Assembly (NCBI GenBank): GCA_011109175.1
Contig: RDEW01000017.1
Span: forward strand, 496,001-560,000
DNA length: 64,000 nt
Source of the DNA: Dicyema japonicum
Taxonomy: Eukaryota; Animalia; Dicyemida
Direction of reading: 5' to 3'
The notes beneath the pieces were generated by a model. The model searched no databases. It saw nothing but the letters and a program-made list of their open reading frames with translations, and was not told the origin of the DNA. Numbering within the stretch: position 1 is the stretch's first letter; the number at the start of each line of letters is the position of its first letter. This document shows, one piece after another, positions 23,111-36,744 of the stretch. A program made the translations under genes and the position numbers.

Positions 23111-24617
23111 TAATTATAACTTAGAACTCCGTCGACATATTGGTACAGCGTTGTTTCTCACGATAGTCACGGAGATCACCTGGAAAAGTCAATGGGTTTC
23201 ATGGACGTCGTGGCTTCTGAGTATAACCATACATTCAAGTTTTTGGGGAAAAGACAGTGATTTCCCGTTTATATCTCTAGTTGTCTCAATATCTTTATTA
23301 AACTTTCAAAATGTATAAATTTCTAGTGTTTCACTGAAGTGTGTTCGAGTACTTTATATCGAGAGGGCATGGTTATGTGAGCCACTCTCCTCGAATCTCC
23401 CAGCAACCAAACGGGAGCGTAAAAATTTTGTAATCATTTCTGCTCAGGTGGACGACTTTTGAGTATTACGTATTGTTTGCCTTGATTCCTCAGTAGGGAA
23501 ATGAAGAATTATCTTGACCGACCCCTGGCTAGAACTCAGAGAAGAGTGAAATCCGAGGCGTACTAATCTGTTAGAAATCAGACGTTCGGGAAACGTTAGG
23601 AAGTGGAACTGAAAAGGGAGTTGGAAGTTGATTGATTGTATTCTCAAACCCCCACAATGTATGTTATATAATTATTGAACTGACAGTGAGTTTCTCAGAA
23701 GGAAAGGGGATGTTTAGGCGTCCAACATTTTGAGACATTGGAATATCATTTTTTTTGTTTTGCTTAAATGGCTGATTCTTATTTTTAGTAAGGAAGCATC
23801 CAAGTGCTTTAACTGGTGAGTTAGTCTTTGAGGCCTTGGAATGATTTGTTGAAACAAGAAAAAGATCGAATCCTTTTTTGGCTACGGGAATCCGAAATTG
23901 GTTATCTCACTAAGAAATTATTCCATAGTTTGTATAACCCACTTATTTTTAATTAACTAAAATTTTGATAGATCCTTCCTCAGGTACATGCTCCTTCTCA
24001 AGGGCTAACTTTCCGTAATTAGACCAGACGGGATTCGAACTCAGATTTTGTGGACTCGATGCTTCCTTATTTCGAAATTTTTGGTTTATATTATCTCCGA
24101 ATTTATTCAGAGGAAAGATTATATCCATTGGAGGAGATGAAGACATCATGTTTTCCAGAACTATGTATAGCATAGCATTCGGTTCATTACTACGTGACCT
24201 CGGCACTTCCCAACTGGTCCTGCCCAGATAAATTTTAAAAAGCCAAAAAAACTGAGATGTAACAAAAAATAAAATTACTCAGACATCAAAGATAGAAATA
24301 TTGTTTTGAACAGAAACACATTCAATCTACCAAACCTCCTTCCTTCTAAGAGTCACTCTTCCCTGTCCTAATTCGCACACGCCAGATACATCTGACTTTA
24401 ATATCATTGGACAGCGCCACATTCTAACTCACACTATAAAAACGATTGCTTTATCTCCGCTTTTGGTTGTTATTTCCTAATACCTACCGATTTACTTCAC
24501 TTGAAGCGAGTGGGGGCAAACAAATAATCCTCCAAATTCAAATTTATCATAAAAGTTGGAAAAACCAAAATTTATGAGGAAATTAAAAGAATTAAAAATC
24601 ATAAAGATCAAAATACA

Positions 24618-26099
24618 TTACATGGCATAATAATGTCTCTCACAGTCCATATATCTAAAAATAATCAGAACAGCAAAACTCATCTAATACAGTCCAAAAA
24701 TGGGTAAACACTGGTTTGTCATCATGCCTCCTCTCCTGGTCAATGTTGAGCACATTTACTGACCACTTCCCAATGTTATCATGCGCTGGTAGTTCCTTGA
24801 ACTTCAAATAGAATGCTTCACTAAGAAATCGACAAGGAATATTACTATGAGCGAATATCTCACTGGGATTTTCCTGCCATGGCCACCCTTTGAATTGCCA
24901 CGTGGGTCCTTGCACAAATACGCCACCACATTCATCCAGTCCTCATTTTGAAGCTTCACGATACTATCCACAACTCTGTACCGCCTCGTCTGCTCTCCAG
25001 GAGTCTTCCTCACCAACATAACCTCAGTCTGTCGAGTACCACCGCTTTTTTTGATTTCGTCGACGGGGACATATCTTTGTAAGCACAACAAACAACCTCA
25101 AATTGACAAGACACTCCTCCACATTGTACATGTTGATGAGACAGCTATGAGAGACAGGAATCACTATTATTGGAGTCCGTATTCTTCGACGTTGCACAAC
25201 AAGGTGAGTTTCTGACTTATTACTACCACTGAAGGTCCCCGTTGTGTCAATTTTGAATCCCCCAGTATCTACAATTATCCAACGCAGTAAACTTGACTCT
25301 TATTGAACCTCTCCTGGTCATACCGACTGTAATCTAGCCCAAACTGAGGATTCGGTTTCTACAAAGTTAACAAATTGTCTACTGGAACAGCCACGTGCTC
25401 GTTTTTCACCCCCTTCGACTTTAACGACTGTAAAACGGTCCTCACTCCCTCCCAAAGAGGTTTGCTACTCTGAAGGATGCTATTTCGGTTTGTCCACACC
25501 CTCTCCCTGTACACGCCATCACGAATAACGTCAGAGCCCACAACTCCACGTACAAACTTTTCAGAGTCGTGTTTCTTCCGTTTTATTTTTCTTGGATGGA
25601 GGCAATTTGCTCCTCAGATAATGCTGTGTTTATAGATGTCGAGGTTTTCTCTTTCTGACTTTGCTGAGGGTCCTTTTCAGTGAGTTTAGTCTCCACAAAG
25701 TCCAGAGAAGTGTCGATGCTTGGCACCACTGATCCACTGATTTCTCCAGTGAGATATTCCCACAAATCCTTTCTGTCAGGCCTATGGACAACCATAACAT
25801 TTTCTGTCTAAAAAGTTATCCACGTGTACTACAGCAGCTTTTTTTATATATTTAGAATGTGATAACATAATATTGGAAAGGAAAAAAAGGAGACTTTCGA
25901 GAGTATAGTATTCTTTAGGTATTCCATCCTTTCCAGTTCTATTTAGGACTAAAAAACAAATTTCATACCCCCAGACGATGTAATTTGTTAAAAGTGTTTT
26001 TGGAAAAGAAACGTCAGAGAAAATAATATTATCTTTAGATTCCTTAATTTCCCGTTTTTCTACATAAAATTTTCTCAAAAGTGTAAGAGCGTCTGCCAT
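24618..26099 (-). CDS. CDC73: Parafibromin, PAF1 complex subunit (multi-exon; apparent 1-nt frameshifts at ~25587 and ~24921)
   Basis: MADALTLLR..TNYIVWG|TGKDGIPKEYYTLESLLFFL..VVHRPDRKDL..RERVW..RTPIIVIP..LITMYNV..QGPTWQFKGWPW. Confidence 0.95.
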
Positions 26100-26282
26100 T
26101 TTGTCTAATAAAAATTATCAACACACACCAACTTCCTTGAGTCAAATTTAAATTTTAAGTAATTTTTATATTTTTATTTGAAATAATAATGTTTAAATTT
26201 AATTAAATTTTTCTATTGTTAATTATGATTCATTTTTAAATTGTAGATTATTAATTTCCTCCTACAAAAGTTGATTTTTTTT

Positions 26283-29243
26283 GGTGAGGTGGTGACGTGC
26301 CTCGTTTCTTATCTGTACAACGGTTAAGAAAAATGTCTAGAAAGCAGAAGATACAAAAGAATAAGCTTGCCCTAAAGTTTCTTACGTTCAATGCTAGAGG
26401 AATATCTAAGCCTCAGTCAAGAAATATTCTCTGTGATGACCTAGAGAAGATATAACGTTTCTATTGGATGTATACAAGATACGAAAATTACACATTATCT
26501 CGATGAAAACCATAGAAAATATCGACTAATATGCCTACCCACTGACTAAAAACACTATGGTCTCGGATTCGCCATTAACAGAAAACTATCAGCCGACATC
26601 AGTCGCACTTGGCGCGTGAATGATAGGATCTGCGTAATACAGATCTATCTGAACAACCAACGTTCCCTAAAAATACACTAACAATTATAAATGTATATGC
26701 GCCACACTGAGGAAGAGTTGCAAAAAACCCGACTGAGCTGGATGAATTTTACTCAGCATTATTAAAAACGTACAATGAATACGAGTCGTCTTCACTTATA
26801 TTCATTGCCGGCGATCTGAATGCGAAAATTGGAACAAAAAAGAACTCAGAAGATACCTTCATGGGAAGACACGGACGCGGGAAAAGAAACCTGCCTGGGA
26901 CCATACTTGGCCATTTCTGTACGGCAAACAAACTGTTTTTGTGCAACACCGCATTTTCCCATCGTGCATGCCATATAACCACTTGGATGGGCGAACGAAG
27001 AAACCCAGATGGGAAACTAGTCCCTATATACAACCAAATTGATTACATTATATGCCGTATTAACGACAAGCGCTCTCTCACAAACGCATGCTCATACGAA
27101 GGTTCAACAACTGTCAGCGATCATAGGATGGTCATTGCTACCTTCAGCCTGGCGAAACATGGTATCAAACATAAGAAGCATAATAACATTGCAAACAATA
27201 TTAATGACAACACAAGAAGTGGATACGCAACGGATAAACTGGCCTCGCATCGGGACACAGTCAAAAATTACCAAGAATACATCTGCTCCCATCTGAAGGA
27301 CCGAACAGTAGGAATTTCGTGGGATGGCACAAAGCACATAATAAACGAAGCAGCAAGCCAGTACCTCGGCACGCGGGAGATGGCCCGTATGGGCTGGACG
27401 ATACATACAGAACTAGTAAAAGAGTTAGCAAAAGAGTTAAAAGAAATCCATACAAAAAAACTAAACGAAAAAGACTATAACAAGAGAAAAGCCCTTCAGG
27501 GGCAGAAAGATCAAATCCGTAGAAAAATCAGGAGACTGAACAAGACACTCACCAAGAAGAACTACTTCGCAAAATCAATGAAGTATCCAAACTAAAAGAT
27601 AATTCACAAATGTATTTGGCCGCTCGTTTACTACGCCACACAAACCGGAAGGAACGAATAATCATCAAAGACAAAAATGGCAAGACATTACTGAATAACT
27701 GAAGAGCAAGCGGAGGTAATTGCAACACATTTGAGAAACTTTTTAATGTGACTACAGCAATCCCCCCATTTCAAAAGAAAGCCTAGACCTTTAAAAGAAC
27801 CAATTATAGTTTGGAAGTAAAAACAGCTGTCAAAAACTAAATGACCCACTTTTGAATAAATCGCTACACCACTAAATGAAATGTTTTCAACTAACTCAAC
27901 CTTGCCCTGGAACATGATTACTAATTCCTATACAAAAACCCAATAAACCCAAAGGACCGGTTGAAAACTTACGACCGATTATATTATCAAATTCTCTACG
28001 GAAAGTCTTAGTTAACATTGTATTGGAACGAATAAAAAGACCCGCCTATGAATCTACCCGATAGTCAAAGTGGGTTCAGAGAAAGGAGATCAACAGCTGA
28101 TGCAGTCTGGAGTCACAGATGGAGATGTGCAACACATCAAAAATATTGCAATGCCACCCACATTCTGAGAATAGATCTATCAATAACCTTTGATTTGATT
28201 AACAGGAAAAATTGATGACAGTGCGGGAAGGGTTTATTGACAAATCGAGTCTGAGAATGATTCAAATCCTTCTATCTAACACAGAGCTCCTTGTGAGAGT
28301 TGGAAAAACCTACTCAAAAAATTTGAAACAAACACAGGCACTCCTCAAGGACACTCCCTCTCTCTCCTACTATTCACAATATACTTGGAGGCCGCTATGA
28401 GGGAACTGAGACCATTATATCAAGGAAAAATAGAAGAAGTGATTTATGCTGATGATGTCGACCTAATTTCTGAAGACAAAGAACTCCTGGAGCATGTACT
28501 AGAAAAAGCACCAGATATACTTGAGAAATGGTTTCTCACCGTGAACAGGGAAAAAACAGAACGGACAGAGATAAGAAGAATGAACAACTCACTCGAAGAA
28601 AAATGGAGACACATAAAGAAACTTGGCTCTACTAGGAGATAGCGAAGACATCATACGGAGAAAAACATTGGCAAATGCGGCATTACAAAGGCTTAAAAAT
28701 CTTTGGCTAAAACGGAAAGGATATAACATAAAACAAAGGATTATGTTATACGACACTTTCATCAAACCAATTCTACTATACAACTCTGGGACCTGGGCCA
28801 CCTCTAAAGAGGAATTGGAGAGGCTAGACTCATTTCACAGGAATCATCTAAGAAACATAACTGGAATGTCCTGGCCATCCAAGATCTCGCGGATGGACTG
28901 TACAATAAGTGTGACTGTACACCATTAAGCCACGAGATCATTAGCTCTCGTTGGAGACTTTTTGGACACGTCCTGAGGTTGGACCCGATATCTCCTCCGA
29001 ATATCGCAATGGAAGATTACCACTCCTTCAATGTAAAACGCTTTTGTGGAAGACCGAGAACTACCCTCCCGGTCGTTCTACAAAACGATCTGAAAGCCGT
29101 GAAAAAACATTGGCATCTGGTGACGATCTGGACTCACTGAGGGACCTAGCAAAAACAGAAGAGCTTGGAGCAACCTAACTAATTCTCTTATATTTTTGCT
29201 GCATATAAATACTGTGGCTCTCGTGAAAGTGCTAATAATAAAT
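26283..29243 (+). mobile_element. RTE-like LINE copy 2, near full length (~2.96 kb, single APE-RT ORF, now frameshifted)
   Basis: ATG ~50 nt after the 5' end; APE FLTFNARG, INVYAP, FIAGDLNAKIG, NQIDYI, SDHRMV; RT NLRPI, QSGFR, IYADDVD; tail gtgaaagtgctaataataa; imperfect TSD aaaag(t)tgatttt. Confidence 0.95.
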
Positions 29244-30066
29244 AAAAGTGATTTTATTTAAGAAAACTGCCAACAATAATCGTTGATCAAGATTTGAGTC
29301 TGCCCCCTCTTGAAACCCATCTTGTTTGAAAGCGAACAATGGAACTAATTGAAAGACGGTCGCAATACCATGCAGTCCCTTAAACAAATTTATCAAAAAT
29401 ATTTTGCTCAATACCCTTACTCAAAATACAAGGTGATACCATGCCCAATAAAGAGATAAACTGGATTCCTGTCAGCCTCATTTTCTTCTTTGTCGGACCA
29501 GATCACATTACAAGCGTTTATAGATTTATTGTGGTCATGTAGGGACGAAACCAGTTTCGAATTAAGTCATCTGCTAAAATGTCAACATTGTTTGTCTAAT
29601 CAAGCTTGATTCCTTCCACGTCTAAATATTTGACTGTTCTGTTCACCTTGTCTTGTCGGATGGATAACTTCATTCGAGTCAACTTGAGAGTTTTTAATTT
29701 TTTACCATTCTTCTTTGGTAGTCATTATCAATCAACATAGAGTTACCCTTAGTGACAATGATACCGAAAAACTGAATTGTGTTTTTATAAAATCCTGATT
29801 ACAAGTTTGTAACTTTTAAAGCACTTCTACTAAAAAAGGTGAAAATATTAAGGACGGCCAAATTTCCAAATAGCTTTTTTTCAAAGGGCTTCCCAGACAC
29901 CATGCCCAATGAGAAAATCAGTAAAGATCCACGTCCTACCGTGTATCAGACTACTTCTTGTATGAGATCATTTAGTTAGTTGAGACATTCTTTTTTCGTC
30001 ACCCTAGTGATCCAACCAGGTAGCGTAGTGTAAAGAGTGCTGGAGATCGACATATTAACAATTAAT

Positions 30067-30134
30067 GGCTGCTCTCATAAATGAGAACGTATTCCCCTGA
30101 CGATTTACAAGGAAATGCGCTCAATGAGTCAGCT
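30067..30134. repeat. ~68-nt hairpin repeat, copy 1
   Basis: ggctgctctcat..tgag..cgtattcc..ggaaatgcg-ctca-atgag-tcagct; second copy at 59677-59745. Confidence 0.75.
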
Positions 30135-30260
30135 CTCTCCTATCATTTTTCTTCTTCGCAAATTATTTATTTTATTAAATGTTTTAATAAAATCTGACTA
30201 TATAATGATAATAAGTTTTTATATGAATTAAAATATCCTTTAAACACATCTAATGTGATT

Positions 30261-33200
30261 CTATCGAATATATCCATTTATAATATCAGTCCACTTTATA
30301 CAATCCTCATTATTATTAGCCATAAAGGTATATACTCTTAAGGTTGTTTTCATCTAAAATTAACTCATCAGAAAACTTCAAAGCAAACTTCATCTTGACC
30401 ATCCTGTGCAGGAAAGGTATTAAGTCCAACAACTAACGACAAATCAATACAACCCTTTGGGGAGGGACTACTCTCGTCAACATAATACAACAACTACAAC
30501 ATAAACAAATGAAAACTAACATGATGATTTGCCGAATCATAGGCAAAAAATCGTTTTTGCCAACGATTAGCGAATCCCTTTTTAAGCAAATAGGAAGAAA
30601 AGGAGATCGACATATTACGAGATCCCGTATTATCCCCGGCATTCTCTGAATAAATCTTAAAACGGAAAATAAACCTGATATTTCATAAATAGTTTGTTCT
30701 GAATTGTGTGTATCAACATCTTGTTGAGATGAATAAAATGAGGACCTTTTTCCTGTGATGCATGTGGATTTCACCAAATTGACGCATTTTTGATGAGCAC
30801 AATAGGAGCAGTTGCTACAACGAAGAACTAGCACGTGAAATATCAAACTCACTATTTTTCTGGTTGAGGCTAATTTGATGGCAGTGCATGCAGCGAATCG
30901 GAGCAAGAGAAGTATACGGAACGAAATTATGTGAGATAGAAGAAGGCATAAAAATATTTTTGGGGGGACTATTTGAATCTCCAGAGAGGAAACGTATACA
31001 AATAAAAGTGTGGTAGGCGAGATTGATTGAAATAAAAGGAACAGAGTCTTCGACTTTAATGGTATCCATTTGAAGAGTGCACCTTTTCCATGATTCAATA
31101 GCTGAAATATTGGTATCCTCGATAATCTTATGATAAAGTGCCCCGCCACTGTTAAGCAAGAGATCCTGATGGGAAGAGTTCCAAATAGAAATAAACTCAT
31201 CGTTCTCTCTCAAAGAGTATGACTCAATAAGAACGACCGCATTTTCATTGGCAGAGTCAGTTTTAACAACAAATTCGTAAATCGGGAAAGAAGAAAACAT
31301 CATTTCTGTGTAATACTCCCACAACGTGAAATTGAAGATCTCCGGAAAAGGTCTCAATATCTCTGCGCTATTGGGTGTGTAATATAGGTTGACAAAAACG
31401 AGACTGTAATTATTTACACTCCGAATGAAAGCCCAAATATCATTTTCACACGGGTCTTTGGTTGACCCAGCGCTCATAAAGTTTCCAAATCTGTTAGAAA
31501 CGTGGTGATAGGCCATGAAGCGCAGAAATACGTCGTTATACTGAAAGGAGAGAGGATATTGCTCCATAACCTAAAATATTTATATACGCAGACCTGATGC
31601 ATACAGTCGAGGAAAACGGTAAAAATGGGAGAATGCAACACCTCCGTGTCAACACTACTTGTTGTTTTACTGTTTGGGAATCGATGCCCAAAGGATAACC
31701 AGTCTTTCTCGACAAGAGCTTGGAATCCTTCAAAAGTCCGATAGTAGGGGTCCATCATGATCTGAGCCAAACTAGATACCTGAAATTAGTAAAGATAGTG
31801 ACTTGAGTTGTAAAGTCAGACCCACTGGGTTCAAGAGACAGAATTACACTGGATTTATGGTTTATCATCAAATGTACAACAGCGTTGGCAGTGTTAATGA
31901 TATTTTGAAGCTATAATAAGAAAACAGCAAACTAGAGAAAACCAGCCAATCTCTTCGGCTTGCGAACGAATAAGTGAGGTAGTCTCTGAGTTTTCAGGAG
32001 TACATAGTTTTATGAGCTTCAGAAACATGCTTTTCTGTGTTGACCGAGAATTGATATCCACAGTAATTAGATGACATCTTTCATCAGAGTACAAACGAAT
32101 GGGCTTTAAATGCTAACATAAATAAACTTTGCTGGAGGATTTCGGCACAATTACGTACACAGAAGAGGTTGAGGGCTTGAAAGCAATTCTAGAAGAGCTT
32201 GTCACTGAAAATATGCTTGAAAGATCTACAATCAGATTAGTTTTACCTGTATTACCAGAAATAGACTTCTTTACATCAGAGATCGTAATGTCATGCATCA
32301 CATCACTTGAACTCGGGTCTTTCGTCCATGTGCAGTCCAAAATAGCCGCCAAAAATTTGCTAGAAGCTAAAATCCTCGGATCGGTATTATTTTCAATGTC
32401 TAAAATGATTAAATATGAGACTTTTGGAACTCAGACACAATGAACGGATAAGATACGAGGAACTAACTAACAAAAACCGTTTTTGATCCATATAGGCCCA
32501 CGTGATGATCGGAAACCTGGTAGAGATTACAGAAAATAACTACTGGCCGTTCACGTGGGACTTTGACAACTGAACAATATTCGGGAACATATTATGAGGA
32601 TTCACGATGAAGCTTGGATAGCTATAGATAAAATCGTGTCATTACTTTTTTGACAAAATTTTATTATTATTCCAGTTAACAACTTCCACGTGTGGGCCAC
32701 TCATACGGATATTGTTGAACCTCAGCCGCTTGAATTCCTTTCCAAGAGGGGTACATTCAATAAAGTAGCCAAATCCATCATTGGAAGAAATACTCACGCT
32801 GTCGACTACAATATGAATCAAGAAAAACATTCAATTTGGTGGTCTATTTCATTAGTTTGGTCGTTCCATTTAGTTTTACTTTTAGTTTTCTTTTGTTGTA
32901 GCCCAATTGACCGTCTTCTGAAAAATAACGTTAATAAATAGTGTTTGATATCGGAAAGTAATACTTACATAGTTTGTACTCTGGTTATTAGAGGGGAAGA
33001 TTGAACTGGTAATTCAGGTTTATCAAGATCAGCTGCTCTAAATGCGAAGGTCGTATTGATGTTTGTGTAGTTCATAAGGGAAATTAAACTCTTTTTAAAA
33101 GACTCAATTTTGTAGGAACTTACTCCCATTGGGAAATAGACATAGAGAATCTTCATTTATGGCATAAAAGTAACCTGAAAATTTTGAGTTCTGATCCGCC

Positions 33201-36200
33201 ATCCTTCAGAAACGCGTATATTTGTATTTTCATATTGTTTACATGATACCTTCTTCTCTGATAAAATTGACCCTATTGGAAGACTCTTTACTGTACAAAT
33301 GTGTGGAGCTTGGGATAATTATAATATACACCGTTCGGATCCGACGGGAATCCCTTAAACACGACTCGGTAGTTTGTCAAAACGAGGTGTCCATCGATAA
33401 TACTGTCGTGGAAAGAATATTGCAGAATATGGATAGTGTTGAGAGGACCTGCTATAACCTTTTCACGGTTAAGCAGTGCGATCGCTTCGTAACCATGCTA
33501 AAATAAAGAAACGATCAACCTTCCCCTCGTTCTCCATTTTAAGGAAATCTCCGACCATTTCTTGGTAGCTCTCAACATAAATAGAAATCAAAACTAAAAA
33601 AATCATGAAAATAATAACGAGGAAGGCTTCTGAGAATTTCGACTGTGTAGGCACTGCCTATTTCATATAAATTACTGATAAATTCAATGAAAGAGACGAT
33701 GAAACTTTTAATTCTCCAATATTCACTCCAACGGTCGTTCATAGTTACAGTTTCACCAGCATCTGGAGATGACTTATTCAAATCCTCAATAATTTCACTC
33801 AATTTCTCCTCCGTTAATTTAGAACTTGAAATGTTTGTGAATGGCACTAGCAAGGCTACCATCAGCTTAATAAAGTCTTTAAGCTGGGACAAGACTGAGG
33901 TCTCTTCCTCCGCGCTCATTTTATCCAAATGGTCTGTAAGACTCTCCTCGTTTTTAATCTAAAAATCCTCAAAGCAGTCTACCCAGTAGTAAGCGATACT
34001 CAAGGCACTTTCAGTGAATTTTTGATCGGGAAACAACTCAGACAAATATGAGGTGTGTAATTTGGAAATGTTTTGCTCCACACTTTTGTAGAAAAGTTCG
34101 ATCCAAAAGTTAATGTCACACCAGATGCCCACATACTCTTGCAAACAGACAACCATGTCGTGAGAGGACGAAGGAAGAGTCTAAACTAAACCACGTGGAA
34201 AACTCTGTGTATTCTTTTTGATAGAAGGAGCACCTCACCTGCCGTATCATAGTCGACCTGAGCAACAGAATACTAGATAAAACCACAAGCCAACCTTCAG
34301 GACAGATTTGAGGATCGATGAGAGTGCGCTGTATTGATCGCTCGTCACAGAAATCGTCCCTTCGCTAACATAATTTCTAATTTCCTCAAAGATGACAGTT
34401 CTCGTTGGTTTGAGGTACACAATCTTCAATACGGCAGGAATGGTTTTACGAGCCTCAAACATGTCCCCATTAAAAATTGCTTGGAGGCAGTCTTTGGTAA
34501 CTTGAACTCTTCGTTTGTTGATCCCCACCGTTGAATCGAATGAATTGAAAAATATCTTTTCGTATTTCACATGCCGCTTCTCCAACTCGGGGATGGAATT
34601 TTTAGGTTTTGGGTTATTAAGGAGTTTATTCCTGAATTCCTGGGCAGTTTGGATCTCATTTTTAATTATTTGAGAATCCAGGTACTTCCCTAACTCACGC
34701 CGGGGACACATTCTTTTGGACTTAGATTTAATGAAATAATCGTTTGTGGAGTCTCGTGAGTGGTGGTTGTAGATTCCTTTAGTAAAGCTGTGAAAATACG
34801 TTTAGAATAAGCTTCTTTGAAATTCCCATGCAAATAGTCGGTAGATCAGAGTTCAACATTTCAGAGGTTGTGTTCCCCAGTTTATAGAAGACCTGAAAAT
34901 ACACAAGCAAGCAAAACATCATCAAAAATGTCAGTAACTCTGTAAGGGATGCCACGGGAAGTGAAGAATTTGTCGAAAATTGGAGAATCGAGCAAAATAT
35001 TGATAAATTGATTGCCAACATAGCCCCTAATCAACTTGAATTTGTATTTCTGCAAAGAAACGATAATTGTAGGTAGAATTCTGGCCACACAGAGAAACTT
35101 ATCGTACCCATAAAGTATTTCCGCGTGTATTCTCACAAAAACTGATCTCAATTCCTTATCCTTGGAATTAACCACAATCCGTAACCTCAGAAAACATCGA
35201 CCTTGTGTAAACGTCCTGAAAGGCATTGTCGGACAAAAACAAGTCCGGCTTGCTTATCTAGGATGTGCTGACGATGAATTACCCTCAACAATGTGTCCAT
35301 AGCCCTGGAATAGAATGGTTCAGGATAAAAATCTATTGGGTTGTTAGAAGGAACAGTAAGCTTCGACGCGTCAATGTCGCAGAAAATAACATCATCCTGT
35401 AAATATCACGTAAATTGCTACAGCATCGGTTACGGCGTAAATAAAGATCGGTGATACCAACAAGGAAAGGAGAAGGCGCTTGTACCACTTCTACAGCATG
35501 GAATGGGAGTATTGGGATGAAAACATAACTAGAAATATCACGAATATTGTAACATGTATGTGAAAGGGTAAATCAAAGCGTTTAGTGCAAGGCAACAGTG
35601 AAGTAACATGGAATAACTGCTGGACACTAAGACAATTTTTCTGTCTGTTAAAAGAGCGCACACGAGGCTCAACATATTTGTTATTCCTGAGGCAATATTT
35701 ACAAAATAAACCGATTTGGCGAAGAGAATCGAAACATAAGATCCTGATATTGGCACAAGAGGAGACCTGGAAGAGTTTATTTGAATTGGTTCACAGTAAG
35801 GGAGTGCTAAAGTGAACGTGGATCCACCAGGACTTGGAACTATAGCACTTCCTAGGAGTTTTGCCACAACCCTTTCCAAGGCATACTGCGGATGTATTTG
35901 ACTACAGTAGATTTGGTAGAAAAATGTTAAGCACTTTCTGAAAGTTTCCATGTGTGGATGTTGTGAGAGAATCACAAAAGCCTTTGGGGTAAAATTCCCA
36001 TCGAGACAGGCCTCAGTAATCACAAGAGAGGCACAAAAACTGTGGACACCGTCTTGGTTTGTCAACATTGCAACATAAAATCTCGCAGCCTGTTCTTCCT
36101 TAAACAAATGCCAGCCAGCTGGGAGACAAAATTGATCGACATTATTGACACAGGAAATATCGGGCCAGTCGTCCTCTGGAAAACGCTGAACAATCTTTCC

Positions 36201-36314
36201 ATTTCCGTAATCAGAATCTTAAAATAATTAAAATATCATACAGCCGTCTTCATCGAGTTCGATTACGAGGAAATAATCAACGAGACGAGAGCACGTGGAA
36301 AATATGGTCGACAT
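30261..36314 (-). CDS. Sbf: Myotubularin-related pseudophosphatase Sbf (MTMR5/MTMR13): DENN - myotubularin - C1 - PH
   Basis: RLVDYFLVI..IVQRFPEDDW..FCLPAGW..LTNQDG (uDENN); ALLTDRKIVLVSSSYS..LIYPFTY (cDENN); SLAQIMMDPYYRTFEGFQALVEKDWLSFGHRF; catalytic HCSDGWDRT replaced by LEPSGSDFT; C1 HNF..CMHC..RCSNCSYCAHQKC; PH-like terminal helix. Many micro-introns. Confidence 0.92.
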
Positions 36315-36519
36315 TTAATATCACGGAAATAGGAATATTTGCGTTAAATATAGAATTATGACTTAATTCGATTTTTGAATTTATTAAAAATTGATTTTAT
36401 TTTTATTAAATGTTTAATAATTAATAAGAAATTAAGAAAATTAATTCAAATTGCAGTATTTTTATTATATTTTGAATAACACTATTTATATTTGAATAAA
36501 GGCTTCAAATACACGAAAT

Positions 36520-36712
36520 TTGGGGAAAAACCCCACTCCTCTTCAAACCCTAATGAAAGATGATCGTCGTTTATTCAGGAAAGCCGTGGGTACTCTGGAG
36601 GAACACAGGAAAAACCTCTCGATCCTGTTGAGGCGTACCGGGATCACTTAATTAGTTGGATTACTCCTTCTTTCTTGGTGTTCCCTTTTAAGGGGTTATT
36701 AAATAATAATAA
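36520..36712 (+). repeat. Short element family C copy with the shared 3' tail
   Basis: Head matches the reverse complement of ~5520-5570; tail ccgggatcacttaattagtt..ggtgttcc..ggggttattaaataataat. Confidence 0.65.
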
Positions 36713-36744
36713 TATTTGAATAACACCCCGATCTATGGGAGCGA

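Noticed and set aside
29300-30050. Possible decayed LINE on the minus strand (VKYLD motif)
   Set aside because: A single weak motif; too degraded to call.
30067-30134. SECIS element
   Set aside because: The AUGA side pairs Watson-Crick rather than forming tandem GA pairs, and no adjacent selenoprotein is seen.
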